NCBI GenBank assembly: GCA_964436855.1 | Contig: CAYTED010000006.1 | Location: 19,681-83,680 of the forward strand | Reading direction: 5' to 3' | DNA length: 64,000 nucleotides | Origin: an uncultured Bdellovibrionales bacterium | GTDB lineage: Bacteria; Patescibacteriota; Minisyncoccia; Moranbacterales; UBA1568 | In this document: one piece after another, positions 26,955 through 36,544 of the stretch | Position numbering within the stretch: position 1 is the stretch's first letter | How the letters are laid out: each line of letters starts with the position of its first letter | Translations under genes and position numbers: made by a program | The notes under the pieces: generated by a model | What the model saw: the letters and a program-made list of their open reading frames with translations, nothing else | Told to the model about the DNA's origin: nothing | Database searches by the model: none

Positions 26955-27072
26955 GTCCCAACACTTCAGTGCCGTTCGGCCTCCAACGAGGCCTCACTGA
27001 AGTTGAATCCGAAACTTTTTCAGAAAAAAGACCGTGCTTTCGGATTCAAATTCGCCCCAAAGTGTTGGAACT
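26953..27072. repeat. nested-palindrome intergenic element, copy 1 (shares a central hairpin with 48371-48518)
   Basis: Outer inverted repeat cccaacactt/aagtgttggaa; inner cttcagtg..cactgaag; core hairpin ttgaatccgaaa...aaagaccgtgcttt..tttcggattcaa; then attcgcccc. Confidence 0.55.
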
Positions 27073-27108
27073 CAATGGTATAGAGAGTAAGGGGTAAGGG
27101 AAAACAAA

Positions 27109-27149
27109 CCCCTCCTCAATCCTCCCCTTGGAAAGGGGAGGAGGGAAGG
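27109..27149 (+). repeat. polypyrimidine/polypurine hairpin repeat (CCCCTCCTCAATCCTCCCC-loop-GGGGAGGAGGG), copy a
   Basis: aacccctcctcaatcctcccc is identical at 27109, 48891 and 53123, with a variant at 30109. Inner stem CCTCCCC/GGGGAGG. Confidence 0.7.
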
Positions 27150-27186
27150 CTAGATCCCGGATCAGTGTCCGGGATGACAATGGAGA

Positions 27187-28932
27187 GTGAGTCGGGATGA
27201 TAGGAATACACAAAGAAAAAAAGCAATGGATTTTCAGACACACAATAACAATATTCGCGGGGTGAGTTTCTCGAATCCTTCAGAAGGAGGGCATGAGGAT
27301 GACGATCTTGTCTTTGATCCGCAGGAAGAGCGGAAGCGAATCGCAGAGGGAACGGAGGAATACCTCGGCGAGCTTCGCCGCGAGTGGGCGACGCGAAACG
27401 CGGGAAAACAATTGTTTCCGGAAAGTGTGGTGCGATTGAGTGAGCCGCTCCGGAACTGGATGCTGTCGATTGATCGGACGAGTTTTTACGATCGTCTTGC
27501 TGCGGAAACGAAACTTTCCTTCGAAGATCGAATCGGTCTCGCGAAAGCGGGATGGGAAATCGCCCTTGGTTCGAATTGGGGAGATCTGACACCGATTCTT
27601 TCCAAGTATATCCAATTGAATCCGTCGGCAATTTCTTTGCTTACGAACAAATTTTCAACGGAATTTCTTCCGAAAGCGAAAGAACTTTCGATACAGCAAG
27701 GGAAGCCTTCCATGCCGAGTGCATTTTCGGCATCGGTTCCGGAACAAAAATCTTTTGAACAACTCTCTTTGCTTCAAGCGTTGGGGAAATATCAGAATCT
27801 TGGGAATCAGCAGATAACGGGGTCGAAGATCGCGATTAAGGGGCAAAACGATCCGGTACGTCCGACGATTTTCAATTGGCTGAAAGCGTATCGTGATGAA
27901 CTCGGCGTGGGCAGGCACGATGCGGTCGTACGGGGAAATTTTCTCTTTCATTCGATCAATGGGAAGGGGCTCTCGGCGGAGGAGCGCGAGCGGCTCGGTA
28001 TGATCTTGAAGTCGCTTGATGAAAATGTGCCGGTGTCGGTGGACCCCGGGAAGCAGGAGATTGTGTTTCAAGAGGTGAGACCCGCCCACATTCCTTCAGA
28101 AAGTGTAGTGGGCAGGAGTGAGAGGCGAGAGGTGAGGAATGAGAAAGAAGATGCAGGCGTGACAAAGCCGGCATTTGCGATGCTCGCGCATCATCCGGAG
28201 GCGGCGTCTTATGAATCAAGAGCGAGGAATCAAGAGTTTAGAAATGAAAGAACAGATCAAAACATAAACAACACACGTCAAATAACCGAGCCGCCGAAAA
28301 TGTCGGAACAAATCGAGCTCGGGAAGCTTGCCGTGGTTCCCGGCGGATCGATGGTAAAAGAGGTTTCGGAGCCGGCCCCGGCTTCGGTGCCGCGTCGTGT
28401 GTCGTTTGAGCCGGCGAAAATCGAGAAGTTTGAATTTGGCACGAGTTCGGTTTCGGGTGGCGAGGCGAATCCGGTTTTTTCTGAATCAATTGAGCGATTT
28501 GGTGAAATCGAAAATACAATACCGCTTGCGACGCAGAATCCGAAGGTGGCGGAGTTTTTCAAGGCATCCCCAAAACATTCGAATCCTTCATCTCAAGAAG
28601 TTGGAGAATCGTCCTTGGAGAGAAGCGCTACAAGAGACGGAGAGATGAACAATGTGGGATCGGTGGTGTTTACGACAAAGCACGTTCTTCCGGCGGAAAA
28701 AGAAGCCGCGCTTGAAGCGAAAAAATCGGAAGAAAAACCGAAAGCCACTCCCAATACTCCGCTTTCAAAACCGGCATTCGATATTCCGAAGGTTGCCCCG
28801 AAACCAAAGCCGTCCGCACCGGCGCAACCGGTATATAATCCGGCGTATCGTATTCGCCCGATGTCGCATATGCATAAACAAGAAGAGGAGAAAGAGAATC
28901 TTCCTCCGAACGTAGTGAATTTGAAGGAGTGA
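27187..28932 (+). CDS. large hypothetical protein (acidic, low-complexity C-terminus), T4SS-locus associated
   Basis: 581-aa ORF with GTG start and a GGAGA SD. No recognisable domain; Pro/Lys/Ala-rich C-terminal region. Confidence 0.5.
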   Translation: MSRDDRNTQRKKAMDFQTHNNNIRGVSFSNPSEGGHEDDDLVFDPQEERKRIAEGTEEYLGELRREWATRNAGKQLFPESVVRLSEPLRNWMLSIDRTSFYDRLAAETKLSFEDRIGLAKAGWEIALGSNWGDLTPILSKYIQLNPSAISLLTNKFSTEFLPKAKELSIQQGKPSMPSAFSASVPEQKSFEQLSLLQALGKYQNLGNQQITGSKIAIKGQNDPVRPTIFNWLKAYRDELGVGRHDAVVRGNFLFHSINGKGLSAEERERLGMILKSLDENVPVSVDPGKQEIVFQEVRPAHIPSESVVGRSERREVRNEKEDAGVTKPAFAMLAHHPEAASYESRARNQEFRNERTDQNINNTRQITEPPKMSEQIELGKLAVVPGGSMVKEVSEPAPASVPRRVSFEPAKIEKFEFGTSSVSGGEANPVFSESIERFGEIENTIPLATQNPKVAEFFKASPKHSNPSSQEVGESSLERSATRDGEMNNVGSVVFTTKHVLPAEKEAALEAKKSEEKPKATPNTPLSKPAFDIPKVAPKPKPSAPAQPVYNPAYRIRPMSHMHKQEEEKENLPPNVVNLKE

Positions 28933-28953
28933 TTGTGTGGTAGAATAAAAAAT

Positions 28954-29349
28954 ATGATGTTCAATGTTCCACAATATATTGATATCGAAGACAAAATTGC
29001 CGGGCCGTTTACGGCGAAGCAACTCGGCTGGCTTTTTGCCGGTGGCGGGGCGTTGCTTGTTCTTTATTCGCTCTTTGATACCGCGACGCTTGCGGTAACG
29101 GGACTTCCGGTGCTTCTTTTGTCGCTCGCGCTCGCGTTTTATAAGCCGAACGGCGTTCCGTTTTCAAAGTTCCTCGTGCATGCGCTTCTCTATGTTTTTC
29201 GTCCGAAAATCGCGGTGTGGGAGCGTCCGGTGCGACAGGCGAATACATTGAAAATTTTTCCGGAACAGAAAAAGGAGGAAGTAAAAGAACAAAAGCATGT
29301 GACCGTAGCGGAAATTAGCGAAATTGCGAGAATGATTGACCAAAAATAG
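28954..29349 (+). CDS. VirB3/PrgI-like small membrane protein
   Basis: ~130 aa with two adjacent TM helices and the N-terminal motif VPQYIDIEDKIAGPFTAKQLGWL, immediately upstream of virB4-like genes. Confidence 0.45.
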   Translation: MMFNVPQYIDIEDKIAGPFTAKQLGWLFAGGGALLVLYSLFDTATLAVTGLPVLLLSLALAFYKPNGVPFSKFLVHALLYVFRPKIAVWERPVRQANTLKIFPEQKKEEVKEQKHVTVAEISEIARMIDQK

Positions 29350-29374
29350 TGACAAGTGACAAGGAATGTAAAGT

Positions 29375-30073
29375 ATGGAATTTCTGACAAAATCAAAAAA
29401 AGCGGAAGGATCGGGTCGGGCGAGTACCCAGCAATATATCGATGTCGAGCAGGTGCGCGATGGCGCGATCGTACTTCGGAATGGGTCGCTTCGCGCGGTT
29501 TTGCTTGTGTCGTCTGTGAACTTCGATCTCAAATCAAGCGAGGAACAAGACGCGACGATTATGCAGTATCAGAATTTCTTGAACTCGCTTGATTTTCCGG
29601 TGCAGATCGTGATTCAGTCGCGGCGGTTTAATGTGGAACCGTACCTCGCGCTTTTGCGGGACAAGGAAGCACAACAGGAAAACGAACTGCTTCGGTTTCA
29701 AATTTCCGAATACAAGTCCTTTATCGAAGGACTTGTGGAAGATCAGAATATTATCTCGAAGTTTTTCTATGTGGTCGTGCCGTTTTATCCGACCGAATCG
29801 CAATCGGAGGGGTTTGTGCAGAGGATCGGAGCGATGTTTAAGCCAAAGGAAACAATACTTGCCGATGAGAAGGTGTTCGAGGCGTACCGGAATCAACTCT
29901 ATCAACGCGTAAATCACGTGATGGCGGCGCTTGGAGCGACCGGCGTTCGACTCGCGGTGCTCGACACGGAAGATCTGATAGAGCTTCTCTACAATGCGTA
30001 TAACCCGTCACTTTTCACATCGGATGTGATTAAGGATTTGAGTCAGATAGAGTTGTCGGAAAAAGTACGGTAG
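29375..30073 (+). CDS. VirB4-like ATPase, N-terminal segment (split gene product)
   Basis: Matches the N-terminal region of Gram-positive-type VirB4/TcpF/PrgJ proteins (YIDVEQVRDGAIVLRNGSLRAVLLVSSVNFDLKSSEEQDATIMQYQNFLNSLDFPVQIV). Ends 88 bp before the main virB4 ORF, in a different frame. Confidence 0.55.
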   Translation: MEFLTKSKKAEGSGRASTQQYIDVEQVRDGAIVLRNGSLRAVLLVSSVNFDLKSSEEQDATIMQYQNFLNSLDFPVQIVIQSRRFNVEPYLALLRDKEAQQENELLRFQISEYKSFIEGLVEDQNIISKFFYVVVPFYPTESQSEGFVQRIGAMFKPKETILADEKVFEAYRNQLYQRVNHVMAALGATGVRLAVLDTEDLIELLYNAYNPSLFTSDVIKDLSQIELSEKVR

Positions 30074-30081
30074 GAAGAAGA

Positions 30082-30106
30082 GGTAACAGATAACAGATAA
30101 CAAAGG
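30082..30106. promoter_or_regulatory. tandem TAACAGATAA motif
   Basis: ggTAACAGATAACAGATAAcaaagg. The same 10-mer recurs at 32024, 49448 and 57369. Confidence 0.45.
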
Positions 30107-30108
30107 AA

Positions 30109-30149
30109 CCCCTCCCCGATCCTCCCCTTGAAAAGGGAAGGAGGGGAGG
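30109..30149 (+). repeat. polypyrimidine/polypurine hairpin repeat, copy b (3' arm is the virB4 Shine-Dalgarno)
   Basis: cccctccccgatcctcccc-ttgaaaa-gggaaggaggggagg; the GGAGG lies 9-13 nt upstream of the ATG at 30162. Confidence 0.7.
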
Positions 30150-30161
30150 TAAAGAAGAAGT

Positions 30162-32006
30162 ATGGAGTTGCCGTTTTTGGGAAAAAAGAATATCGCGGGG
30201 AACGGAATGGGAGCGCAAGATGCGGTTCCGATGGCGGCGTTGCGCGAAGAAGCGAATCTTTATCAGCGCGGACTTGCGTCGATGAAAGATCTGATTGCGC
30301 CGCCCGCGGTAAAAGTAACGTCGAATTCGATGCAAGTCGGGGCAACAATCACTCGAACGATGTTTGTGGTGGCGTACCCGCGATATTTGTCTACGAATTG
30401 GTTTTCCCCAATCGTGAATTTGGATTTTCCGATGGATGTCACGCTCTTTGTGCACCCGATCGATACCGGAGAGATTTTGAAACAGCTTCGGAAGTCGGCA
30501 ACGCAAGTGGAATCGCAAATCGAGATCGAACAGGAGGGTGGGAAAATTCGCGACCCCGTGCTCGAGACGGCGATGCAAGATATCGACGCGCTTCGAGACC
30601 GGCTTTTGCAGGGAACGGAAAAATTTTTCCGATTCGGGTTGTATCTCACGCTTTTTTCGGAAGATGAGACGAAATTGAACGAGATGAGTCAGACGATCGA
30701 ATCGCTTCTTGAGGCGCAACTCGTATATGTGAAGCCGGCCGTACTTCGGATGGATGAGGGGTTCGCCTCGACGCGCCCCTTGGCGACCGACAATCTTGAT
30801 GTCGCGAATAACCTTAATACCGGACCGCTTTCAACCACGTTTCCGTTTGTGTCGTCGGATCTTTCGTCGAATACAGGGATTCTCTACGGTATCAATCGAC
30901 ACAACAATTCGCTCATTCTTTTTGATCGGTTCAAGATGGAAAACGCGAATATGGTGGTGTTCGCAAAATCCGGCGCCGGAAAAAGTTATACCGTGAAACT
31001 TGAAGTATTGCGGACGATGATGATGGGGACGAGCGTGATTATTATCGATCCGGAAAACGAGTACAAGCATCTTGCCGAAACGGTCGGAGGATCGTTTCTT
31101 AAGATCTCGCTGAATTCGGAAGTACACTTGAATCCGTTTGATTTGCCGAAGATTGCCGAATCGGACGATCCGGAAGGCGTGTTTCGGAATACAATCGCAA
31201 GTCTTGTCGGACTTTTGCACCTGATGCTTGGGACGGTTACGCCGGAAGAGGATTCGATTCTTGACCGGGCGATTCGCGAGACTTACGCGATCCGCGATAT
31301 CAGCGAGCGAGCGGACTTCAAGTCGCTTGACGCTGGGTCGTTCCCGACAATGTCGGACCTCTATGCGGTGCTGAAAAATATGGAAGGAGCGGAATCGCTC
31401 GCGGCACGGCTCGAGCGGTATACCGAGGGGATTTTTGCCGGCTTTCTCAATCATCAGACGAATATTACGACGGAAAATCAGCTGGTTGTTTTTAACATTC
31501 GAGATCTCGAAGACGAGCTTCGGCCGATCGCGATGTATATTATTCTCCAGTATATTTGGAATGAAATGCGATCGAATATGAGGCAGCGGATTGTTGTCGT
31601 GGATGAAGCGTGGGTAATGATGCAACACGAAGATGCAGCCGCGTTTCTTTTTGGTGTCGCGAAGCGTTGTCGGAAATATTTTACCGGCCTCACAACGATT
31701 ACGCAGGATATTTCCGATTTTATGGCGTCGCGATTCGGGAAGCCGATCGTTACGAATTCCTCGATGCAGCTTCTTCTCAAACAGTCGCCGTCGTCGATTG
31801 ATGTGATCGCGGAAACGTTTTATCTCACCGATCACGAGAAGTTTCTCTTGCTCGAATCGAATGTGGGCGAGGGGATTTTCTTCGCGGGGACGAAACATGT
31901 TGCGATTAAGGTGATCGCTTCGTACAGCGAGGATCAGATTATTACGACCGATCCGCGGCAGCTCCTCGAAATCGAAGAGGCGAAGAAGGAGTTTGAGGGG
32001 AAGTGA
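30162..32006 (+). CDS. VirB4/TrbE/CagE-family type IV secretion ATPase (main segment)
   Basis: CagE_TrbE_VirB-region motif (TMFVVAYPRYLSTNWFSPIV), Walker A VVFAKSGAGKSYTV, Walker B RIVVVDEAWVMM, 614 aa. Confidence 0.85.
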   Translation: MELPFLGKKNIAGNGMGAQDAVPMAALREEANLYQRGLASMKDLIAPPAVKVTSNSMQVGATITRTMFVVAYPRYLSTNWFSPIVNLDFPMDVTLFVHPIDTGEILKQLRKSATQVESQIEIEQEGGKIRDPVLETAMQDIDALRDRLLQGTEKFFRFGLYLTLFSEDETKLNEMSQTIESLLEAQLVYVKPAVLRMDEGFASTRPLATDNLDVANNLNTGPLSTTFPFVSSDLSSNTGILYGINRHNNSLILFDRFKMENANMVVFAKSGAGKSYTVKLEVLRTMMMGTSVIIIDPENEYKHLAETVGGSFLKISLNSEVHLNPFDLPKIAESDDPEGVFRNTIASLVGLLHLMLGTVTPEEDSILDRAIRETYAIRDISERADFKSLDAGSFPTMSDLYAVLKNMEGAESLAARLERYTEGIFAGFLNHQTNITTENQLVVFNIRDLEDELRPIAMYIILQYIWNEMRSNMRQRIVVVDEAWVMMQHEDAAAFLFGVAKRCRKYFTGLTTITQDISDFMASRFGKPIVTNSSMQLLLKQSPSSIDVIAETFYLTDHEKFLLLESNVGEGIFFAGTKHVAIKVIASYSEDQIITTDPRQLLEIEEAKKEFEGK

Positions 32007-32046
32007 GGCAGAGAAAGATGATTGATAACAGATAATACTATTTTGT

Positions 32047-32598
32047 ATGCCGGTACCGATTGTTGCGGCGGTTGGAGGAGCAGCGGTGCGAGGAGTCGCC
32101 TCTGGTGGCGCGCGTTCGACGATTCGCGGAACTGCTCGGAATGCTCGTCGAAAATATATTGAAGCGACGGAACAGGCGTTTTTGTTTGAGCAGGGTGAGG
32201 CGGAGATACGGAAACATCATACATCGCTTCTTCTATATGCACCCGCATTTATGGTCGCTGGTTTTAAGGATATGATGGATTTGGTTGGTATCGGATCGCT
32301 TCCGGGCATCGGAACGATTGTGACTCTTTGTTGCTCGATACTGATTTTTCTTCTTTTGTTTATCACGCGGACGAATAAATCTCTCATTCAATCGCGATTT
32401 TTGATTCGAGCCGGACTGATTCTTATTTTCGCGACTCTCGTCGAAGGACTTGCGTTGGGCCTTAATTTTCTCCCCATAGAGATAATGACGATCTATGCGA
32501 TTTATTGGCTTGACAAGCACGAAGGATCAAAGGCCGCGCAGGCGATTCAAGGGACGCTTTCTTTGGTAGCTCGTTCCGGAAAGTTTGGAAGAGAGTAA
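32047..32598 (+). CDS. membrane hypothetical protein
   Basis: 183 aa with 3-4 TM helices and a Gly/Ala/Arg-rich N-terminus. A TAACAGATAA motif sits immediately upstream. Confidence 0.45.
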   Translation: MPVPIVAAVGGAAVRGVASGGARSTIRGTARNARRKYIEATEQAFLFEQGEAEIRKHHTSLLLYAPAFMVAGFKDMMDLVGIGSLPGIGTIVTLCCSILIFLLLFITRTNKSLIQSRFLIRAGLILIFATLVEGLALGLNFLPIEIMTIYAIYWLDKHEGSKAAQAIQGTLSLVARSGKFGRE

Positions 32599-33277
32599 TA
32601 TATTTGAATTTATGAATACTATTGTTGTACGTGAAATGTTTTCGGATCGAAAATTCCTTGTAACCGGAGGAGTGATAATCTCAATTCTTCTTCTGTATGC
32701 GTTTTTTCCGGAATCGGTCGGACTCGCGCCGGTTCTTCAGGGCATTATTGCGCTCTTTCTTTTCTTTTTCCTCTTTCCGGTTCTCTATTGTAAAATAATA
32801 CTGAAGGAACCGATCTTTACGCTCGGATTTCGGTTTCCGGAGGGGGTGGCCGGTTGGTTTTTTGTTCTTTTTGCGGTCGTTCTTGGTATCGGAGGAGCTT
32901 TTCTCTTGAAGATATTTTTTCCGGAAGCAATGTCCGACGCGGCGATTCCCGATACGGTCAGAAAATCGTTTGGATCGTTCCTTCGGTTCGAACTTTTTTC
33001 GATCGTTATTCTCTTCTTGTATGAAGTGTTTTTCCGCGGGTTCGTAATGCTTTCGTGGCTTTCTCGATTTGGTCGGGGATCGGTGGTATTGCAGTGGGTC
33101 GTGTTTATGTTGTTTCTTGCAACCACGGGAACATTCGGGTGGGATCAGGCGCGGATGATTCTTTTTGCGCCGCTTGCCGGGTGGATCGCGCTTTCGACTC
33201 GATCAATCGGCTTCTCGTTTCTTGCGGCGACTCTTTTTTTTCTCATCACCGATATTATTATTCTTTTTTCCCGATAA
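32585..33277 (+). CDS. CPBP-family (CAAX protease/Abi-like) intramembrane protein, tentative
   Basis: Multi-TM protein with an EExxxR-like motif (LYEVFFRGFV). Confidence 0.35.
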   Translation: MEESNIFEFMNTIVVREMFSDRKFLVTGGVIISILLLYAFFPESVGLAPVLQGIIALFLFFFLFPVLYCKIILKEPIFTLGFRFPEGVAGWFFVLFAVVLGIGGAFLLKIFFPEAMSDAAIPDTVRKSFGSFLRFELFSIVILFLYEVFFRGFVMLSWLSRFGRGSVVLQWVVFMLFLATTGTFGWDQARMILFAPLAGWIALSTRSIGFSFLAATLFFLITDIIILFSR

Positions 33278-33280
33278 TAT

Positions 33281-36031
33281 ATGAATCAAAAAAACAAAAA
33301 ATTTTTGAGAAGTACGCTCGCGGTCGTTTCCGCGTTTGCGGTTATCCTCCAAGTGTCTTTTCCGGTCGCGTTTGCGCGTGGGATAAAAATCCCCTCGCCG
33401 TCGGAAGTCGCCGCCGAACTCGAGCAACGCTATAATCTGAATCTCGGGAGTATTCAGACACAGTCGCAACAATTCAATGTCGCCAATCAGAAAAAGACAA
33501 CTCCGGAAGTTTCGCTTTTTTTCTCTCCGTCCGATCCGAAGCCGGGGCAGAAAGTATCCGCCGCGGCGCTTCCGGCATTTTTTTCGAATGAGAAAAGCGA
33601 TCTTTATTTTACCTGGTATTTGAAACGGAAAGACTGTGATCTGACGAATAGTCCGAGCGCGGAAGAGCGTCTTCGTTGCGATGCCGATAATAATGGGAAA
33701 ATTACGGTTAACGATTGGAAGGTGGAAGCCGCTCGCATTGTCGCGCTGAACGGATATGACAATGGCGACGCGGATTATTCTCCGGCAAACGGAGACAGCG
33801 ACTCCGACGGATACAAGGCTCTTTTCGGTGGTGATAACAAACCCGGATCCCCGGATCGATGCGCGGTGTATGATTCCGGGTCGGGGGATATTTACGAGAT
33901 CGGCAAGGGAGGAAATACGAATATCGATATCTGTCCCGCCGGAACAACTCCCGCTTGTATGATTGCTCGGGAAGAGGTGAGCGGCGGAGATTTTTCTTCC
34001 GGATCAGGATCGGCGTTTTCGGTTGCGGATACGACGGTGTGCGATTTTGCCGGGTATCCGTATTGCTCTACAACGACCACCACCTGTCGAACGGGAAGTT
34101 TGAAATGCGTTTCCGATCCGTATGCGGGAAGTTGCGGCTCGGATCCGTCGACAACCACATGTAGCGTAACGACATCGTCTTCTTTCACCTCCAAGTGCCG
34201 ACACCTTTTTGCGAGTTCCGGAACGGGTCAAACAGGAGATGGCAATTTTAAAAATGAGGAAGAAGAATTTTGGCGCACCGATCCCAAGGATCCCGGGACG
34301 GCGAACAATGGCAATAAGGATGAGGCGAATATCGTCGGACTCGGTCGGGATACGTTTTCGTGGACCTATGACGCCGGCGACAAGGTAGGGGTTTCGGTGG
34401 AGGGTACCTCTATGATCACCACAAAGCACGATGATTCTTCCGCGTATATTATGTGGGCGTTTTCGAAAAACAAGTGTCCGATTGCGGAAGCGGACGACAC
34501 GGGCGGATATGTGAAAAATATTCGCGGGTTCAATGTAACATTTCCCACGGCGGATATTGATTTGAATAAATGTCTCGAGATGAATTTAGTCGATCCTGCG
34601 GAAGGGGGGCAGCCGGGACAAATCTCGGTCGATGTTTCCGCTACGCCGGATCGTCCGGTGAATGATGAAACGGGAAATCTTTCGGGCGATATCGTGCTCG
34701 CGCTCGCTTCCCTTTCCAATTCTTCGAAAACACCGGGAGAAATTTTGTTCGAGTGGAGAGTGAGTCTCGCGAATAATATTCAATTCGACAATAGTGGATC
34801 CGGTCGACGATCGACCGATATCACGGATGAATTGAAGGAAGAAGGCTTGCTTCGGAATGTTCGCGGGAACGGACTTTCGCAGCTTTCACTCCCGATGAAT
34901 CTTCCGAAGTCATTCAAATCCGGCTTGCGGCTTTCGGATTATCTTGATTCCAGTAAGACCGGGTATATCCGGTTCTCTCTGCTTGCTTCCGAAAATTTCG
35001 ATTCCGGTCCGACGCGAAAAGGGCGCGGTGAAGCGATTCTCAAATTTCAGAATGTCGGAGACCGGATCAATGCCTATGCGCCAACCGTATCCGGAAATCC
35101 CGCCAAGCTTTCTTTTACTACCGGAAAAAACGGAACGGAAATTTGTAACGAAAATCTTTTTTCCGAATCGGTGTGCAAGGTAATGAAAAATGAGATTATC
35201 GGACTTACGGTCGGGACGAGCGGATTCGACCGGTTTCATTGGACGGTGAACGGAAAACCGCTTGGGTGCTCGTCTGTATTATCGGCGCGATGTAAAGATG
35301 ATGAAGAGACCGATACGGTATTTTTGCCGATAATCGGCAATGTCGGTGAAACATATACGATATCGGTTGATGCGACAAATATTGTGTCCGGGGCGGCGGC
35401 AACCCTGTCTCGATCGTTTCGCATTGTCGATCCGGATGTTGAAATATTGTCTCTCGATACCAATTCGGCGTGGAGGCGTTTACTTGGGCAGTACAAGGAT
35501 TTGGACGGAAAACTTTATGATGATGTGAGTCGGACAAGTTTTCAGGCGTTTGGAGGAGGCGAGGTTCGACTGAAACCGGAATTTTCTCCCGGCTTTTTAC
35601 AGAAACTTTCGCAGCGCGAATGGAGGGTTGACGGGCAGGTGGTTGCGGAGAATTCCGACGGCGAGCTCTCCTTTATCGTTGAAAAGCCGGCCGGATCGAC
35701 CTACGATGTGGAGCTTTCCGCTCTTTACAATCAATCGACGGAGATTCGGAAAATATTGCGGGACTTTTTCAATATTTCCGTGTTTGATTCGGATGATGTG
35801 AGATTCTCAAAGACGATTCAGGTGGAAGTTGTCGAAAGCGAGGATTCGGTTGCGAGTGCTAAGAAGGGTATTTTCGGCAATCAGACCGGACTCGCGGCAA
35901 TCGCAAGTTATCTTCCATCCTCGATTCTTTTCTCGTTAAAGGTGATACTCTCGGGATTTCTTATTCTCGTTATCGCGTCGTTCGCTCTTTCGATTCAACC
36001 GAGTGTTCCGATACGCCGCTCGGAGGAGTAA
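33281..36031 (+). CDS. giant Cys-rich surface protein with signal peptide and C-terminal TM anchor
   Basis: 916 aa with signal peptide (AVVSAFAVILQVSFPVAFA), many Cys/Asp/Gly/Thr-rich segments, and a C-terminal hydrophobic anchor (ILSGFLILVIASFALSI). Confidence 0.55.
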   Translation: MNQKNKKFLRSTLAVVSAFAVILQVSFPVAFARGIKIPSPSEVAAELEQRYNLNLGSIQTQSQQFNVANQKKTTPEVSLFFSPSDPKPGQKVSAAALPAFFSNEKSDLYFTWYLKRKDCDLTNSPSAEERLRCDADNNGKITVNDWKVEAARIVALNGYDNGDADYSPANGDSDSDGYKALFGGDNKPGSPDRCAVYDSGSGDIYEIGKGGNTNIDICPAGTTPACMIAREEVSGGDFSSGSGSAFSVADTTVCDFAGYPYCSTTTTTCRTGSLKCVSDPYAGSCGSDPSTTTCSVTTSSSFTSKCRHLFASSGTGQTGDGNFKNEEEEFWRTDPKDPGTANNGNKDEANIVGLGRDTFSWTYDAGDKVGVSVEGTSMITTKHDDSSAYIMWAFSKNKCPIAEADDTGGYVKNIRGFNVTFPTADIDLNKCLEMNLVDPAEGGQPGQISVDVSATPDRPVNDETGNLSGDIVLALASLSNSSKTPGEILFEWRVSLANNIQFDNSGSGRRSTDITDELKEEGLLRNVRGNGLSQLSLPMNLPKSFKSGLRLSDYLDSSKTGYIRFSLLASENFDSGPTRKGRGEAILKFQNVGDRINAYAPTVSGNPAKLSFTTGKNGTEICNENLFSESVCKVMKNEIIGLTVGTSGFDRFHWTVNGKPLGCSSVLSARCKDDEETDTVFLPIIGNVGETYTISVDATNIVSGAAATLSRSFRIVDPDVEILSLDTNSAWRRLLGQYKDLDGKLYDDVSRTSFQAFGGGEVRLKPEFSPGFLQKLSQREWRVDGQVVAENSDGELSFIVEKPAGSTYDVELSALYNQSTEIRKILRDFFNISVFDSDDVRFSKTIQVEVVESEDSVASAKKGIFGNQTGLAAIASYLPSSILFSLKVILSGFLILVIASFALSIQPSVPIRRSEE

Positions 36032-36066
36032 GCGAAGAAATACGGTGCGCTGATTTCTCTGAAAAA

Positions 36067-36093
36067 ACACCCTCTCATGGGGTGTTTTTTTTT
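36067..36093 (+). terminator. rho-independent terminator
   Basis: acaccc-tctcat-gggtgt followed by TTTTTTTTT. Confidence 0.75.
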
Positions 36094-36177
36094 GGTGCCT
36101 TGGGAGAGACTCGAACTCTCATGGATTGCTCCGCTAGTTCCTAAAACTAGTGCGTATACCAATTCCGCCACCAAGGC
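36094..36177 (-). tRNA. tRNA-Leu (anticodon UAG), CCA encoded
   Basis: Manual fold: acceptor GCCTTGG/CCAAGGC, long D-loop, anticodon stem CTAGT/ACTAG with loop TTTAGGA (UAG), long variable arm, T-arm GAGAG-TTCGAGT-CTCTC, discriminator A, CCA. Confidence 0.8.
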
Positions 36178-36192
36178 ATAGAAGTTGTTTCC

Positions 36193-36513
36193 CTATTTAT
36201 TTTCGAAGATTTTTGTATTTGATCCGAAGAGTCGTAGGAGGCGATCGACTTCATTTTTGAGAGGACCTTCATTGTCGTATTCGCCGTGATGGCGAGTTTC
36301 TTTTCCGTACGTTTCTTTTTTTTGGTCGAGATGGATATTGACAGTTATGTCGGTTTTTTCAATTTTCGCATAGGCATGGAATCGCGGGAAGCCGGCGCTT
36401 GCAAGCGGGCGAACAAAGCTCATCTCATCGCCTTCTTTCCGTTGAAAGGTGTATCCGGCGCGACGAAAGAGGGTAGTGGGATTTTCGGTAAGATTGCGAA
36501 TGGAGAGTTTCAT
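36193..36513 (-). CDS. hypothetical protein
   Basis: ORF trimmed to the MKLSIRNL start to avoid overlap; no confident family. Confidence 0.35.
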   Translation of the reverse strand: MKLSIRNLTENPTTLFRRAGYTFQRKEGDEMSFVRPLASAGFPRFHAYAKIEKTDITVNIHLDQKKETYGKETRHHGEYDNEGPLKNEVDRLLRLFGSNTKIFENK

Positions 36514-36544
36514 AGGAAAGAAATGAGAGGGGGTGAATGAGGGT

